Made by a program: the position numbers and the translations under genes | Notes under the pieces: generated by a model | What the model saw: only the letters and a program-made list of their open reading frames with translations | Database searches by the model: none | Told to the model about the DNA's origin: nothing | NCBI GenBank assembly: GCA_900545285.1 | Contig: UQYK01000003.1 | Span: 2,287 to 66,286 of the forward strand | Length of the DNA: 64,000 nt | DNA from: an uncultured Ruminococcus sp. | Lineage (GTDB): Bacteria > Bacillota > Clostridia > Oscillospirales > Ruminococcaceae | Direction: 5' to 3' | Shown here: positions 21,003-30,754 of the stretch, in pieces | Numbering within the stretch: the first letter of the stretch is position 1 | Layout of the letters: each line of letters starts with the position of its first letter

Positions 21003-22124
21003 ATGAAAAAATGGCATGTAATTCTGGCGGCAGCATTGGCTATGGGTACAATGACTGCGCTGACTGGCTGCGGCAGCATTGAGGTCGATCTGAACCAGTA
21101 TGTTTCACTGGAGTGTGAGGGCTATGACTCTGCCGGAACAGCAACCTATACCATTGATTGGGAAGGTCTGGTAGATGACAACCGCAAGGCATTTGATCTG
21201 GAAGAGGATGCTTCCAAGAAGTCTGTCAAGCGTGTTGCACGGAAGCTGGAAGATAAAATCAGCGGCGAACTGGATGAAACAGAAAATCTTTCCAACGGGG
21301 ATACGGTCACCTTCCAGTGGGATAAAATCGATACGGATAAGCTGGAAGAGCGCTATCCGGTAAAGCTTTCCTATTCGGATGTAAAGCTGGAAGTAAAGGG
21401 ACTGGATGAACCGGAAGATTTCAACCCGTTTGATTATCTGACAGTCAGCTATGAAGGGGAAGCGCCTCACGGATATGTATATCTGGAGACAGATTCTGAC
21501 ATCCCCTATTATGTCAGCTTTGAAGCAGACCAGTCTGATAATCTGAGAAACGGAGACAAGATCAAGGTGACAGTATCTTCTTACATGGATGAGGATCTGG
21601 AAGAAGAGTGCCTGGCAAGCGGACTGAAACTGACGGAAACTGAAAAGACCTATACCGTAGAAGGTCTGGAATCCTATGTGCAGAAGCTGGATGAAATACC
21701 GGAAGACATAATGGCAAGAATGACCGCAAAGGCACAGGAAAAATATGGTCAGATCGTGGCAGACAACTGGAACGATCCGACTTCCTATAAGGGCATTACC
21801 TTTGTGGGAAACTATCTGCTGACGCTTAAGGATACAGAGGACTACACCTTCTATGAGAATTCTCTGTACTTTGTCTTCAAAATCTCCGCAGAAGCCAATG
21901 AGACAAAGGAAAAGTTCGACTATTACTGGTGCGCAAACTTCAACGATCTGCTGCTGAAGGATGACGGTACCTGTGAGGTAGACATGGACTATTTCTCCAC
22001 AACATGGAATACCTTCGAGAAGAACAATCTGTACTACGATGGCTATGCAACGCTGGATGAACTGTATGCAAATGAAATCACAGAACAGAGTGATGAGTAC
22101 AACTGCGAATCTAATGTGCAGTAA
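21003..22124 (+). CDS. acidic lipoprotein of unknown function with an internally duplicated domain
   Basis: MKK+hydrophobic+LTGC lipobox; two similar units (..EGY..G..NLSNGD..; ..EGE..G..NLRNGD..VEGL); GGAG RBS. Confidence 0.8.
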   Translation: MKKWHVILAAALAMGTMTALTGCGSIEVDLNQYVSLECEGYDSAGTATYTIDWEGLVDDNRKAFDLEEDASKKSVKRVARKLEDKISGELDETENLSNGDTVTFQWDKIDTDKLEERYPVKLSYSDVKLEVKGLDEPEDFNPFDYLTVSYEGEAPHGYVYLETDSDIPYYVSFEADQSDNLRNGDKIKVTVSSYMDEDLEEECLASGLKLTETEKTYTVEGLESYVQKLDEIPEDIMARMTAKAQEKYGQIVADNWNDPTSYKGITFVGNYLLTLKDTEDYTFYENSLYFVFKISAEANETKEKFDYYWCANFNDLLLKDDGTCEVDMDYFSTTWNTFEKNNLYYDGYATLDELYANEITEQSDEYNCESNVQ

Positions 22125-22152
22125 ATGCTTTTGATCGCTGCACGATATATCG

Positions 22153-22192
22153 AAAAAGGCTTTGGGTTTTCGGAAAATCCAGAGCCTTTTTT
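22153..22192 (+). terminator. intrinsic terminator
   Basis: AAAAAGGCTTTGGGTTTTC-G-GAAAATCCAGAGCCTTTTTT. Confidence 0.75.
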
Positions 22193-22304
22193 GCAAGGAC
22201 GGCTTGCTTTTTTCCACGTTTTCTGGTAGAATAAGAAAAGACTTTTTGGAACGGCGGCCGCAGGAAGGCGGTGCGGCTGTTCCCGGAATGGAGCGTAACA
22301 GAAT

Positions 22305-24464
22305 TTGAACATTACAGAAAAACTGGCCGCAGAATTTCAGCTGCGGCAGGAACAAATTGAAAATACCATTGCCCTGCTGGATGACGGCAAGACGATTCCG
22401 TTTATTGCCCGGTACCGAAAGGAGCGCACCGGTTCTCTGGACGATCAGGTGCTCCGGGCAATTGATACCCGTCTCCAATACCTGCGAAAGCTGGAACAGC
22501 GGAAAATGGAAATCTGTACCGCGATTGCAGCGCAGGAAAAACTGACACCGGAACTGGAACAGAAAATCCAGAATGCAGAAACCCTGGTGGAAGCAGAGGA
22601 TCTCTACCTGCCGTATCGGCCAAAGCGCAAAACAAGAGCATCTGCTGCGATTGCACGGGGACTGGAACCCCTGGCGCGGATTTTGATGGAACAGAATCCC
22701 GGAACCGTGCCGGAAAAAGAAGCCGCTGCATTTGTACAGCCGGAGGGAGAAGTTCCGGATACAGCGGCTGCATTGCAGGGAGCCAAGGACATTCTGGCGG
22801 AGGAAATGGCCAATGATGCCGATCTCCGGAAACAGATGCGCCGCCTGGTCATGATGGTAGGCGTGGTGGAGTCTCATGCCGGAACAGAAGCAGAAGACAC
22901 GCCATATCAGAATTATGCAGACTATCAGGAACCGGTAAAGCGAATTGCCGGACACCGGGTGCTTGCCATAGATCGGGGCGAACGGGAAGGCGTGCTGAAA
23001 GTATCCATTACCTTGCCGGAAGGGCACGGTCCGTCTCTGCTGCTGCAGCGGTTTGTCAAGAATCAAAGCCCCAGTGGAAAACTGGTGCAGGAGGCCGCAG
23101 AAGATGCCTTTCAGCGGCTGCTCTATCCGGCAGTGGAACGGGAAATCCGAAAGGCTCTGACAGAACAGGCAGCCAGCGCCGCAATTAAGGTGTTTGCCTC
23201 CAATCTACGGCAGCTGCTTATGGCGGCGCCCCTAAAAAATCGGGTTGTGCTGGGGGTAGACCCGGGCTATCGTACCGGCTGTAAGCTGGCAGTGGTGGAT
23301 GCCACCGGAAAGGTACTGGATACAGGCGTTGCCTATATCACCATTGGAGAAGGCCGCAAGATGGAACAGGGTAAGGAAACCATACGCGGCATGATGCTCC
23401 GGCATGGTGTAACTGCGGTTGCCATTGGAAACGGTACGGCTTCCCGTGAGGCAGAATCCGTCGTGGCGTCACTCTTGAAGGAACTGCCCGGACAGGCTGC
23501 CTATATGGTTGTTTCTGAGGCAGGCGCGTCCGTTTATTCGGCTTCCAAGCTGGCCGCAGAGGAGTTCCCGGAGTATGACGTTTCCCTGCGTAGTGCGGTT
23601 TCAATTGCACGGCGGCTACAGGATCCGCTGGCAGAACTGGTGAAAATTGATCCGCAGGCAATCGGTGTGGGACAGTACCAGCACGATATGCCAAAGGCAG
23701 AGCTGACGGCGGCGCTGGATGGCGTGGTTGAGGACTGTGTAAACCGGGTTGGCGTAGACCTGAACACGGCTTCTTTCTCCCTGCTGTCGCATATCGCCGG
23801 CATCAATCAGACCATTGCAAAAAATATTGTGGCATACCGGACGGAAAACGGTGCCTTTACCGACCGGAAACAGCTGAAAAAGGTGGCAAAGCTGGGGCCG
23901 AAGGCCTTTGAACAGTGTGCCGGATTTTTGCGTGTGCCGGGCGGAAAAAATCCCCTGGACAACACCGCAGTCCATCCAGAAAGCTATGCGGCGGCAGAAC
24001 AAATTCTGCACGAGTGCGGCTTCGGGCTGACAGACCTTTCCGGTGCCAAGCAGCAGGAAATAACTGCGCTGGTGCAGAAACAGGGCGTTTCCGCAGTGGC
24101 AGAAAAGGTGGGCGTTGGTGTGCCTACAGTGCAGGACATTGTCAAGGAGTTGGCAAAGCCCGGCCGGGATCCCAGAGATGAGCTGCCGCCGCCGTTGCTC
24201 CGCAGCGGTGATGTCATGGAACTAAAGGACTTGAAGCCTGGCATGGAGCTGGTAGGAACAGTACGAAACGTCATTGACTTTGGCTGCTTTGTGGATGTAG
24301 GTGTGCATGAAGACGGTCTGGTGCATATTTCTCAGATTTGCGACCGCTTTATCCGCCATCCGCTGGAAGCGGTAAAGGTGGGCGATGTTGTAAAGGTCTG
24401 GGTGCTGGATGTGGATCTGAAACGCAAGCGGATTTCCCTGACCATGAAGAAACCGAAACAGTAA
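22305..24464 (+). CDS. tex: Tex family RNA-binding transcription accessory protein
   Basis: TIPFIARYRKE, GVDPGYRTGCK, SEAGASVYS, IGVGQYQHD, HhH repeats, C-terminal S1. Confidence 0.96.
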   Translation: MNITEKLAAEFQLRQEQIENTIALLDDGKTIPFIARYRKERTGSLDDQVLRAIDTRLQYLRKLEQRKMEICTAIAAQEKLTPELEQKIQNAETLVEAEDLYLPYRPKRKTRASAAIARGLEPLARILMEQNPGTVPEKEAAAFVQPEGEVPDTAAALQGAKDILAEEMANDADLRKQMRRLVMMVGVVESHAGTEAEDTPYQNYADYQEPVKRIAGHRVLAIDRGEREGVLKVSITLPEGHGPSLLLQRFVKNQSPSGKLVQEAAEDAFQRLLYPAVEREIRKALTEQAASAAIKVFASNLRQLLMAAPLKNRVVLGVDPGYRTGCKLAVVDATGKVLDTGVAYITIGEGRKMEQGKETIRGMMLRHGVTAVAIGNGTASREAESVVASLLKELPGQAAYMVVSEAGASVYSASKLAAEEFPEYDVSLRSAVSIARRLQDPLAELVKIDPQAIGVGQYQHDMPKAELTAALDGVVEDCVNRVGVDLNTASFSLLSHIAGINQTIAKNIVAYRTENGAFTDRKQLKKVAKLGPKAFEQCAGFLRVPGGKNPLDNTAVHPESYAAAEQILHECGFGLTDLSGAKQQEITALVQKQGVSAVAEKVGVGVPTVQDIVKELAKPGRDPRDELPPPLLRSGDVMELKDLKPGMELVGTVRNVIDFGCFVDVGVHEDGLVHISQICDRFIRHPLEAVKVGDVVKVWVLDVDLKRKRISLTMKKPKQ

Positions 24465-24475
24465 GCGACAAAAGA

Positions 24476-24530
24476 AAAACGGACAGATTCCGGTGCAGAA
24501 CATACTGCATCCGGAGCCTGTCCGTTTTTT
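24476..24530. terminator. bidirectional terminator between tex and nadC
   Basis: AAAACGGACAG..TCCGG.TGCAG / CTGCA.CCGGA..CTGTCCGTTTTT between convergent genes. Confidence 0.75.
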
Positions 24531-24548
24531 GTTATGATAAGAAAAGGA

Positions 24549-25391
24549 TTATTTCTTTTCCTGAATTCGCATGGAAATGTCAAAGCACTTTACGGAATGT
24601 GTCAGGGCACCCAGTGAAATGATGTCTACACCGGTTTCTGCAATGGCGCGAATGGTCTGTTCGGTGACATTGCCGGAAGCCTCCAGGGGAACCGCACCTG
24701 CGGTACGGGCAACGGCCTGTGTCATTTCTTCACAGCTCATGTTGTCCAGCATGATAATATCTGCGCCGGCAGACAGTGCCTCTTCCAGCTCAGCCAGAGT
24801 GCGGACTTCCACTTCAATCTTGACCATGTGGCCGATCTTCTTTCGCAGCGCTGCTACAGCTGGTGTAATGCCGCCGTATGCATCAATGTGGTTGTCCTTC
24901 AGCATAGCGCCGTCTGACAGATTATAGCGGTGGTTTTTGCCGCCGCCTACGGTTACAGCATACTTTTGCAGCGGACGCAGGCCGGGGAGTGTCTTTCGGG
25001 TATCTGTGATCTGGGCATTGGTGCCGGCAACCAGTTCAACACAGCGGTTTGTAGCAGTGGCAATGCCGCTCATGTGCTGTAAAATGTTCAGGGCAGTCCG
25101 TTCCCCCTTAAGGAGCGTCTTTGTGCTGCCGGTCATGGTAGCGATGATATCACCCTTCTGTACCTTTTCTCCGTCATGAATCCGGATATCCATGGAAAAA
25201 TTGCCGCCTACCAGTTCAAAAACGCGCTTTGCAATTTCAATTCCACAGAGCACACCGCTGTCCTTGGCCAGGTAGTATGCCTCGCTGGTGTGCTGATCGT
25301 CCAGGAGATTATCCGTTGTCACATCGATATAGTGGATATCTTCCTCCAAAGCAGTTGTAATCAGGCGATCAATATAGGTTTGCTGTAACAT
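24549..25391 (-). CDS. nadC: nicotinate-nucleotide pyrophosphorylase (carboxylating)
   Basis: ERTALN, DTRKTLPGLR, NHRYNLSD, KDNH, EVEV, MLDNM, EASG; ATG 25391 after GAAAGGA. Confidence 0.97.
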   Translation of the reverse strand: MLQQTYIDRLITTALEEDIHYIDVTTDNLLDDQHTSEAYYLAKDSGVLCGIEIAKRVFELVGGNFSMDIRIHDGEKVQKGDIIATMTGSTKTLLKGERTALNILQHMSGIATATNRCVELVAGTNAQITDTRKTLPGLRPLQKYAVTVGGGKNHRYNLSDGAMLKDNHIDAYGGITPAVAALRKKIGHMVKIEVEVRTLAELEEALSAGADIIMLDNMSCEEMTQAVARTAGAVPLEASGNVTEQTIRAIAETGVDIISLGALTHSVKCFDISMRIQEKK

Positions 25392-25485
25392 GATGAAAAA
25401 TTTCCTTTCGTGTTTTAGGGGCTGCACTCGCAGAAGATCTGCACAGTCTTTTCCGGAGCACAGCGTGCTTCTTTTATGCGCTTTT

Positions 25486-26937
25486 TTATAAAACTTCTTT
25501 CAGGATAATATAGGCCACTGTTGCCAGAGATTTTGCTTCTACATAATCTGCATCAATGAGATACGGCTCTTCCAGAAGCTGATTGCGGATTTCGGTAATG
25601 CGCTTGAAACCTTCCGGCAGCTTTTCCTTGTTGGGAATGACAAAGTAGTTGTCCTGCATGATCTGGCGGATTTCTGTCCGCAGACCCTTCGGCAGCTTCT
25701 TGGCACCGGGCTTTACCGGGAATTCTGCTTCTGCAAAGGTTTTCGGTGCATGGGGCAGCTTCTTGGCAATATCCAGCGCAGCCTGTCTGGAAAATACCAG
25801 GGCTTCCAGCAGGGAGTTGCTGGCCAGACGGTTGTTTCCGTGTACGCCGGTATGAGAGCATTCGCCGGCGGCGTAGAGGTTGGGAACAGTTGTTTCAGAG
25901 TTGTCGTCTACCTGGATACCGCCCATGAGGTAGTGCTGGCACGGGAAAATCGGAATCGGCTCCTTGGTCATATCATAGCCCTGTTCCAGAACCTTTTCGT
26001 AAATCATGGGGAACCGGTTCTTGACAAATTCCGGATCCTTGTAGGAAATATCCAGATAGAAGTTATCGGAATTGGTTTCGCGGCTTTCCAGAATAATGGC
26101 GTGGGAAACCACATCTCTGGGAGCCAGTTCCAGACGCTCATCATAACGATCCATGAAACGCTCTTTGTGGCAGTTAAGCAGATATGCGCCCTCACCCCGG
26201 ACTGCTTCTGAAATCAGGAAGCATTCTCTGGTGTGGTGGTCATTGAATGCAGTGGGATGGAACTGAATCAGATGCAGATTCCGGATCTCTGCGCCATTTT
26301 CATAGGCAAAGGCAATGCCGTCGCCGGTGGCAATTTTCGAGTTCGTAGTAAAGCGGTATACACGGCCGATGCCACCGGTAGCCAGGATCATAAAGTGGCT
26401 GCTGTATACGGTACAGGAGCCGCCCTGCATGACATTGGCGGAGAAGCCGGTTTCGGTTTTCTGCATGCCTACCATCATGGCGTGTTCCAGGATGGTGACA
26501 TTGGGGAGGGTCTTTACCTTTTTGATCAGCTTGTCCAGAATTTCTGCACCGGTTGCATCTTTGTGGTGGAAAATCCGGTGACGGGAGTGGCCGCCTTCCA
26601 GTGTCCGGTGCAGCTCGCCGTCCGCAGTCCGGTCAAAGTCTACGCCCATATCCAGGATGGCCTGAATTTCATGTGCGGCATGTGTGGTCAGAATGTGTAC
26701 CGTTTCCGGGTTATTCTGGAAACCGCCGGCAACCATCGTGTCATGCTCATGTAGCTCGATGGAGTCTCCCGGAGAGTTGTACACACCGGCGATACCGCCC
26801 TGCGCCAGGTCGGAATTGCACAGCGTCAAATCCTGTTTGCACAGCAGCAGAATCCGGCAGTCTGACGGCAGGTTGATCGCTCCATAGAGTCCGGCAGCAC
26901 CGCAGCCAACAATGATCACGTCAAAATTATTTTCCAT
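25486..26937 (-). CDS. nadB: L-aspartate oxidase
   Basis: GCGAAGL, AQGGIA, LEGGHS..RI.H, QFHPT, LISEAVRGEG, ELAPRD, HYLMGG, HGNNRLASNSLLE. Confidence 0.96.
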   Translation of the reverse strand: MENNFDVIIVGCGAAGLYGAINLPSDCRILLLCKQDLTLCNSDLAQGGIAGVYNSPGDSIELHEHDTMVAGGFQNNPETVHILTTHAAHEIQAILDMGVDFDRTADGELHRTLEGGHSRHRIFHHKDATGAEILDKLIKKVKTLPNVTILEHAMMVGMQKTETGFSANVMQGGSCTVYSSHFMILATGGIGRVYRFTTNSKIATGDGIAFAYENGAEIRNLHLIQFHPTAFNDHHTRECFLISEAVRGEGAYLLNCHKERFMDRYDERLELAPRDVVSHAIILESRETNSDNFYLDISYKDPEFVKNRFPMIYEKVLEQGYDMTKEPIPIFPCQHYLMGGIQVDDNSETTVPNLYAAGECSHTGVHGNNRLASNSLLEALVFSRQAALDIAKKLPHAPKTFAEAEFPVKPGAKKLPKGLRTEIRQIMQDNYFVIPNKEKLPEGFKRITEIRNQLLEEPYLIDADYVEAKSLATVAYIILKEVL

Positions 26938-27181
26938 AACAAACACGCTTTCTATCCATTTTATCTGCAGTGCAGTGCACTGCAATTTTGTGAATCCTGT
27001 CGGCGACAGCAGGATATCGGCACGCCGGCAGGAAGATTTCTTCCGCTATAGTATACCACAAATCCGCTGGTTTGTCACTACTTTTCCCGCGTTTTCGGTA
27101 AATTGTGCAAAATGGAAAGCGAAAGCTGTTAAATTTTTGACAAAGTAAAGCGCGAAACCGTAAAAATGCAGGAACAGGCAC

Positions 27182-27226
27182 AAAAAAAGCTGCTGTACAC
27201 CGCGAAATGTGCGGGTACGGCAGCTT
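27182..27226 (-). terminator. terminator after the DUF2079-type gene
   Basis: minus strand AAGCTGCCGTAC.CGC...GCG.GTACAGCAGCTTTTTTT. Confidence 0.7.
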
Positions 27227-27244
27227 GAAAAGCACGTTGTGATT

Positions 27245-29299
27245 TTAGTTTACATTTACCGGGAGCTTTGCCTGATAGTCTGCGCTGACGTAGATTTCCA
27301 TACTGCTGTTGTTGCTGTCATAGAGCGAATAGCCTTCGCCGATAATCTGCGCAATATAGGGCTGTGCATATTCGGAGTTGACGGCAACCACGGCGAAATC
27401 TGCCTTGCAGGGGATGCCTACATCGTTGTTGTCCAGCAGGTAAACTTCTTTCCGGTTTGCCAGGTGCGGCAGATAAAACGTGTCGCAGATGACAGAAGCA
27501 TCGTCCGGAATGGTTTCCAGCAGTTCGTCCTGCTTGGTGAAGAAGTCCTTGCTGTTTTTGTAGTTGTCCTTCATGTCGATTTTGCCGGATTCAAATGCCA
27601 CAGACATGTAGAGGGAAGCCACTGCGGTATAGGCTGCCACATACTGCCGTTTTTTCGGCCGGAGGTCTGCGGTGTTGATAATGGTTGCATAGATCAGGCA
27701 GGTGGCAGTACCAAAGACATACTGATAGCCAATGTCGTGAGAATAGCCGTATGTCATGGACATATTCATAATCAGGAAGGGGACAAACAGGAACAGACGG
27801 GAGAATTTCTTCGTAAAGAACGGCATCATTCCCAGCGGCACCAGAACCGTCAGGATAAAGATAAGGTTGTCCTCCCGAATCAGCTGGCTGAAGAAATAGC
27901 CGGGATCCAGGAATACCGTTTTAAACACTTCGCCCAGTCCGGCTTCCTGGTCTACCATCAGGTTGGTAAACCGGCTGGTCATAACTCCTTCGCCGAAATG
28001 TTCCATCAGCTTGGTGACAACCACAAAGTAAACGGAACCCAGTGCAGCCATAATGACACCGTGCTTGCGGATGCCCTTTTGGAAGGCGAAGCACAGGCCA
28101 ATGCAGACAATGTAAATCGGTGCGTCTTCCTTTACCAGCAGAACCAGAACGGTGAAAATGTAGAGCAGTATTTTTTTCTGCTTTTCGCCGGCATAGAACA
28201 GCCACATAAGCAGCGGCGGCAGGAAGGCGTTTTCGTGGAAGTCATAGAAGCACGGCCCGATAAGCTCAGCGCAGCACAGATAGGTGATGCTGAAGAAGAG
28301 GATGGTGCCGTTGCTAAATTTGCGGTTCCGGCAGATGCCCACAAGGGGAATTACACCACTTACTACCAGCGCTGCCTGGGCAATCAGCAGAGTTTCCGGA
28401 CGAGGGAAAATATAGTAGAACGGCAGCAGCAGATAGTAAATCGGGGAGAAGTGTACGGCGAAATGGGAGAGGAACTTGTCTCGTTCACAGGTTGTTACCA
28501 GGGAAAGATCTGTGATCATGGAATGATACATCTGGACGAAAATGCCCATATCAAAGCAGGATGTGCCGTAGACCTTGTACTGGTACACAGTCATGGATGC
28601 GATATAGGCAAAGACACCGACACCCAGGAGGCTGATCAGCACAATTACCAGCCAGAACGGAAGCTTTCGGGAAGCGTGCTTTTTGTCATAGCGGATTCCC
28701 AGATAGCCAAAAACTGATGTCATAAGAATCATTGCGGCGGCGTAGTAAAAGCTGGGATTTTTCCAGAGCGTTGTGAGAGAAAAAAGGATAAGCCCGGCCA
28801 GGAGCACGCCGCTGTCCAGCCTGGTTCGCTTGAATTTCAGCTTGAGCAGGGAGATCAGAACATATCCCACAAGGACAAAAATAACCAGGAGCAGTGTGGG
28901 AATCACATCCCGGTAGTCCTGCCAGTTGCCGATGGGGCGTACAGCATGCTTTTTGTTGAAAATGTCATAGTGCATGACAAAGAAAGACGAGATCAGCAGG
29001 TAAATGCCTGCAAACCGCATAATATAGTTGGGGAAGGAGAGCCGTTGAAACAGCGCTTTTCCTTTTTCCAGCAGGGTGGGTTTGTGTTCTTCTTCTGCAT
29101 CCGGTGCGGCCTCTGCAGCAGTATCCGTATCTGTGTCGGGCTGAGCCGGGGTGTCATTTGCTTCGCCGTCAGACGGTGCAGTGTCCGGTGCTGGTGCATC
29201 CACTGCTGTATCCTCCGGCGCAGGTACAGCGGAGGGCTGTACTGCTTCTGTGTCAGACGAGTTTTCGCCGGACAGCAGATCCTTGTCTTTTTCTTCCAT
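27245..29299 (-). CDS. multi-TM membrane protein, DUF2079-like (GT-C-type fold), with acidic N-terminal tail
   Basis: FDMGIF.Q, SHFAVHFSPI, DFHE, KED motifs; more than 12 hydrophobic segments; AGGAGG RBS. Confidence 0.75.
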   Translation of the reverse strand: MEEKDKDLLSGENSSDTEAVQPSAVPAPEDTAVDAPAPDTAPSDGEANDTPAQPDTDTDTAAEAAPDAEEEHKPTLLEKGKALFQRLSFPNYIMRFAGIYLLISSFFVMHYDIFNKKHAVRPIGNWQDYRDVIPTLLLVIFVLVGYVLISLLKLKFKRTRLDSGVLLAGLILFSLTTLWKNPSFYYAAAMILMTSVFGYLGIRYDKKHASRKLPFWLVIVLISLLGVGVFAYIASMTVYQYKVYGTSCFDMGIFVQMYHSMITDLSLVTTCERDKFLSHFAVHFSPIYYLLLPFYYIFPRPETLLIAQAALVVSGVIPLVGICRNRKFSNGTILFFSITYLCCAELIGPCFYDFHENAFLPPLLMWLFYAGEKQKKILLYIFTVLVLLVKEDAPIYIVCIGLCFAFQKGIRKHGVIMAALGSVYFVVVTKLMEHFGEGVMTSRFTNLMVDQEAGLGEVFKTVFLDPGYFFSQLIREDNLIFILTVLVPLGMMPFFTKKFSRLFLFVPFLIMNMSMTYGYSHDIGYQYVFGTATCLIYATIINTADLRPKKRQYVAAYTAVASLYMSVAFESGKIDMKDNYKNSKDFFTKQDELLETIPDDASVICDTFYLPHLANRKEVYLLDNNDVGIPCKADFAVVAVNSEYAQPYIAQIIGEGYSLYDSNNSSMEIYVSADYQAKLPVNVN

Positions 29300-29377
29300 A
29301 GAATCCTCCTTGATTGAAACATGTTTTATAAGGTTATATTTTTCGTTTTTGCCCTATACCGGGTGGAAAGCCAATGC

Positions 29378-29857
29378 TTATGCCAGGACTTCCTTCGGAT
29401 ATTGCAGCTGTGCTTCTGTCCAGTTTTCCAGAACCGGCAGCATTTCTTCTGCCAGCTTCTTGGCACCTTCCAGATCATGTGCCAGATAGTTGCCGCATTC
29501 CTGCCGGGTGCCGCCGGGAATCTCGCCGGTAAAGTCCTTTACAAACGCCAGAGTTTCCTGCACCAGACGGATGGCATCCCGGCCGGGGAGGGTGTCCCGG
29601 GTCAGAAAATAAAATCCGGTACGGCATCCCATAGGGCCGACATAAATAATCGTATCAGAAAATGCAGTGTTGCGTACATAGGTGGCGAAGAGGTGTTCCA
29701 GCGTATGAAGCGCATTGTCCTCCAGATAGTCCCCTTCCGGGTTGTTGGGCATTTTCATGCGGATATCATAGGTGATCACATCGCCGTCAATCCGCGAGAT
29801 GTACATACCACGCTTCAGATAGTCGTGATTTATCGTAAAACTGGTGATTTTTTTCAT
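29378..29857 (-). CDS. luxS: S-ribosylhomocysteine lyase
   Basis: SFTINH, HTLEH, GPMGCRTGFY, ECGNY..H. Confidence 0.96.
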   Translation of the reverse strand: MKKITSFTINHDYLKRGMYISRIDGDVITYDIRMKMPNNPEGDYLEDNALHTLEHLFATYVRNTAFSDTIIYVGPMGCRTGFYFLTRDTLPGRDAIRLVQETLAFVKDFTGEIPGGTRQECGNYLAHDLEGAKKLAEEMLPVLENWTEAQLQYPKEVLA

Positions 29858-29895
29858 ATGGTTTTATCCTCCTGATAAAATTCGATATCTCATTC

Positions 29896-29925
29896 ATTAT
29901 AACAAATTTCGATTCCTTTTGTCAA
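29896..29925 (-). promoter_or_regulatory. sigma-A promoter of luxS
   Basis: minus strand TTGACA, 18 bp, TGT-TATAAT. Confidence 0.7.
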
Positions 29926-30041
29926 GAGAATTTCACGATATTTCAACAAGTTATAGAGAAAATACGGCTCGACAAATCGGTGCGGCTGTGTTATAATGCA
30001 TGGGTATTCAACCGGATTCCTGTAAAAAATCTTGCGCCAAC

Positions 30042-30070
30042 TTGACAAAATCCTGAAAATATCGTATGAT
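30042..30070 (+). promoter_or_regulatory. sigma-A promoter of the ArsR gene (second candidate TCGACA-17-TATAAT at 29969-29997)
   Basis: TTGACA, 17 bp, TATGAT. Confidence 0.65.
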
Positions 30071-30111
30071 AAAAGGGAAAGAAACTCGATTTTTCCAGGA
30101 AGGAAGAGACT

Positions 30112-30438
30112 ATGCACGAACACACGCATGAAAAATTATGCCCGTTGCCGGAAATGCCGCCGGAAGAAACATTGGCGGATGTTGCAGAATTGTTCAAAAT
30201 TTTCGGAGATCTGACCCGGGTGCGCATTATATTTGTGCTGTTCCGGCATGAAGAATGTGTACGGGACATTGCCCAAAAGCTGGATATGACCCAGTCTGCC
30301 ATTTCTCATCAGCTCCGGATTTTAAAGCAGTCCCGTCTGGTGACCAGCCGCCGGGAAGGAAAGACGATTTTTTATGCCCTGGCAGATGCGCATATTTCTT
30401 CCATTTTCGGACAGGCATTAGAGCATATTCAGGAGTAG
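30112..30438 (+). CDS. ArsR/SmtB-family metal-sensing repressor
   Basis: LFKIFGDLTRVRI, ECVRDIA, QSAISHQLRIL, RREGK; alpha5 site DxH-x10-HxxE (DAHISSIFGQALEHIQE). Confidence 0.92.
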   Translation: MHEHTHEKLCPLPEMPPEETLADVAELFKIFGDLTRVRIIFVLFRHEECVRDIAQKLDMTQSAISHQLRILKQSRLVTSRREGKTIFYALADAHISSIFGQALEHIQE

Positions 30439-30640
30439 ACCTGTATTTTTTATCAGAAAGTACAGAGCAGACAGCTCTGCAAATCAATAGGAACGCTGCA
30501 CCTTGGCTGCTGATTTTTTCAGTGCCCGGGTGCAGCATTTTTGTCTGTTCCCGAGAATTTAACGAAATTCAGAGGCTTCTTTTGCAAAAGCTTCAAAATG
30601 AATATAGAATAATTGCACAAAAAGTACATTGGTATGTGTA

Positions 30641-30669
30641 TTGACATTGTGCATAAAATGCTATATAAT
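30641..30669 (+). promoter_or_regulatory. sigma-A promoter of the PL11 gene
   Basis: TTGACA 30641-30646, 17 bp, TATAAT 30664-30669. Confidence 0.75.
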
Positions 30670-30754
30670 AAAATAAACTTTTCCAATTGGCCTATGTTTT
30701 CGGAGGAAAAAAGCCTGGGAATTGGCAATGTTTATTTTTGAGGTGATGGAGTGT

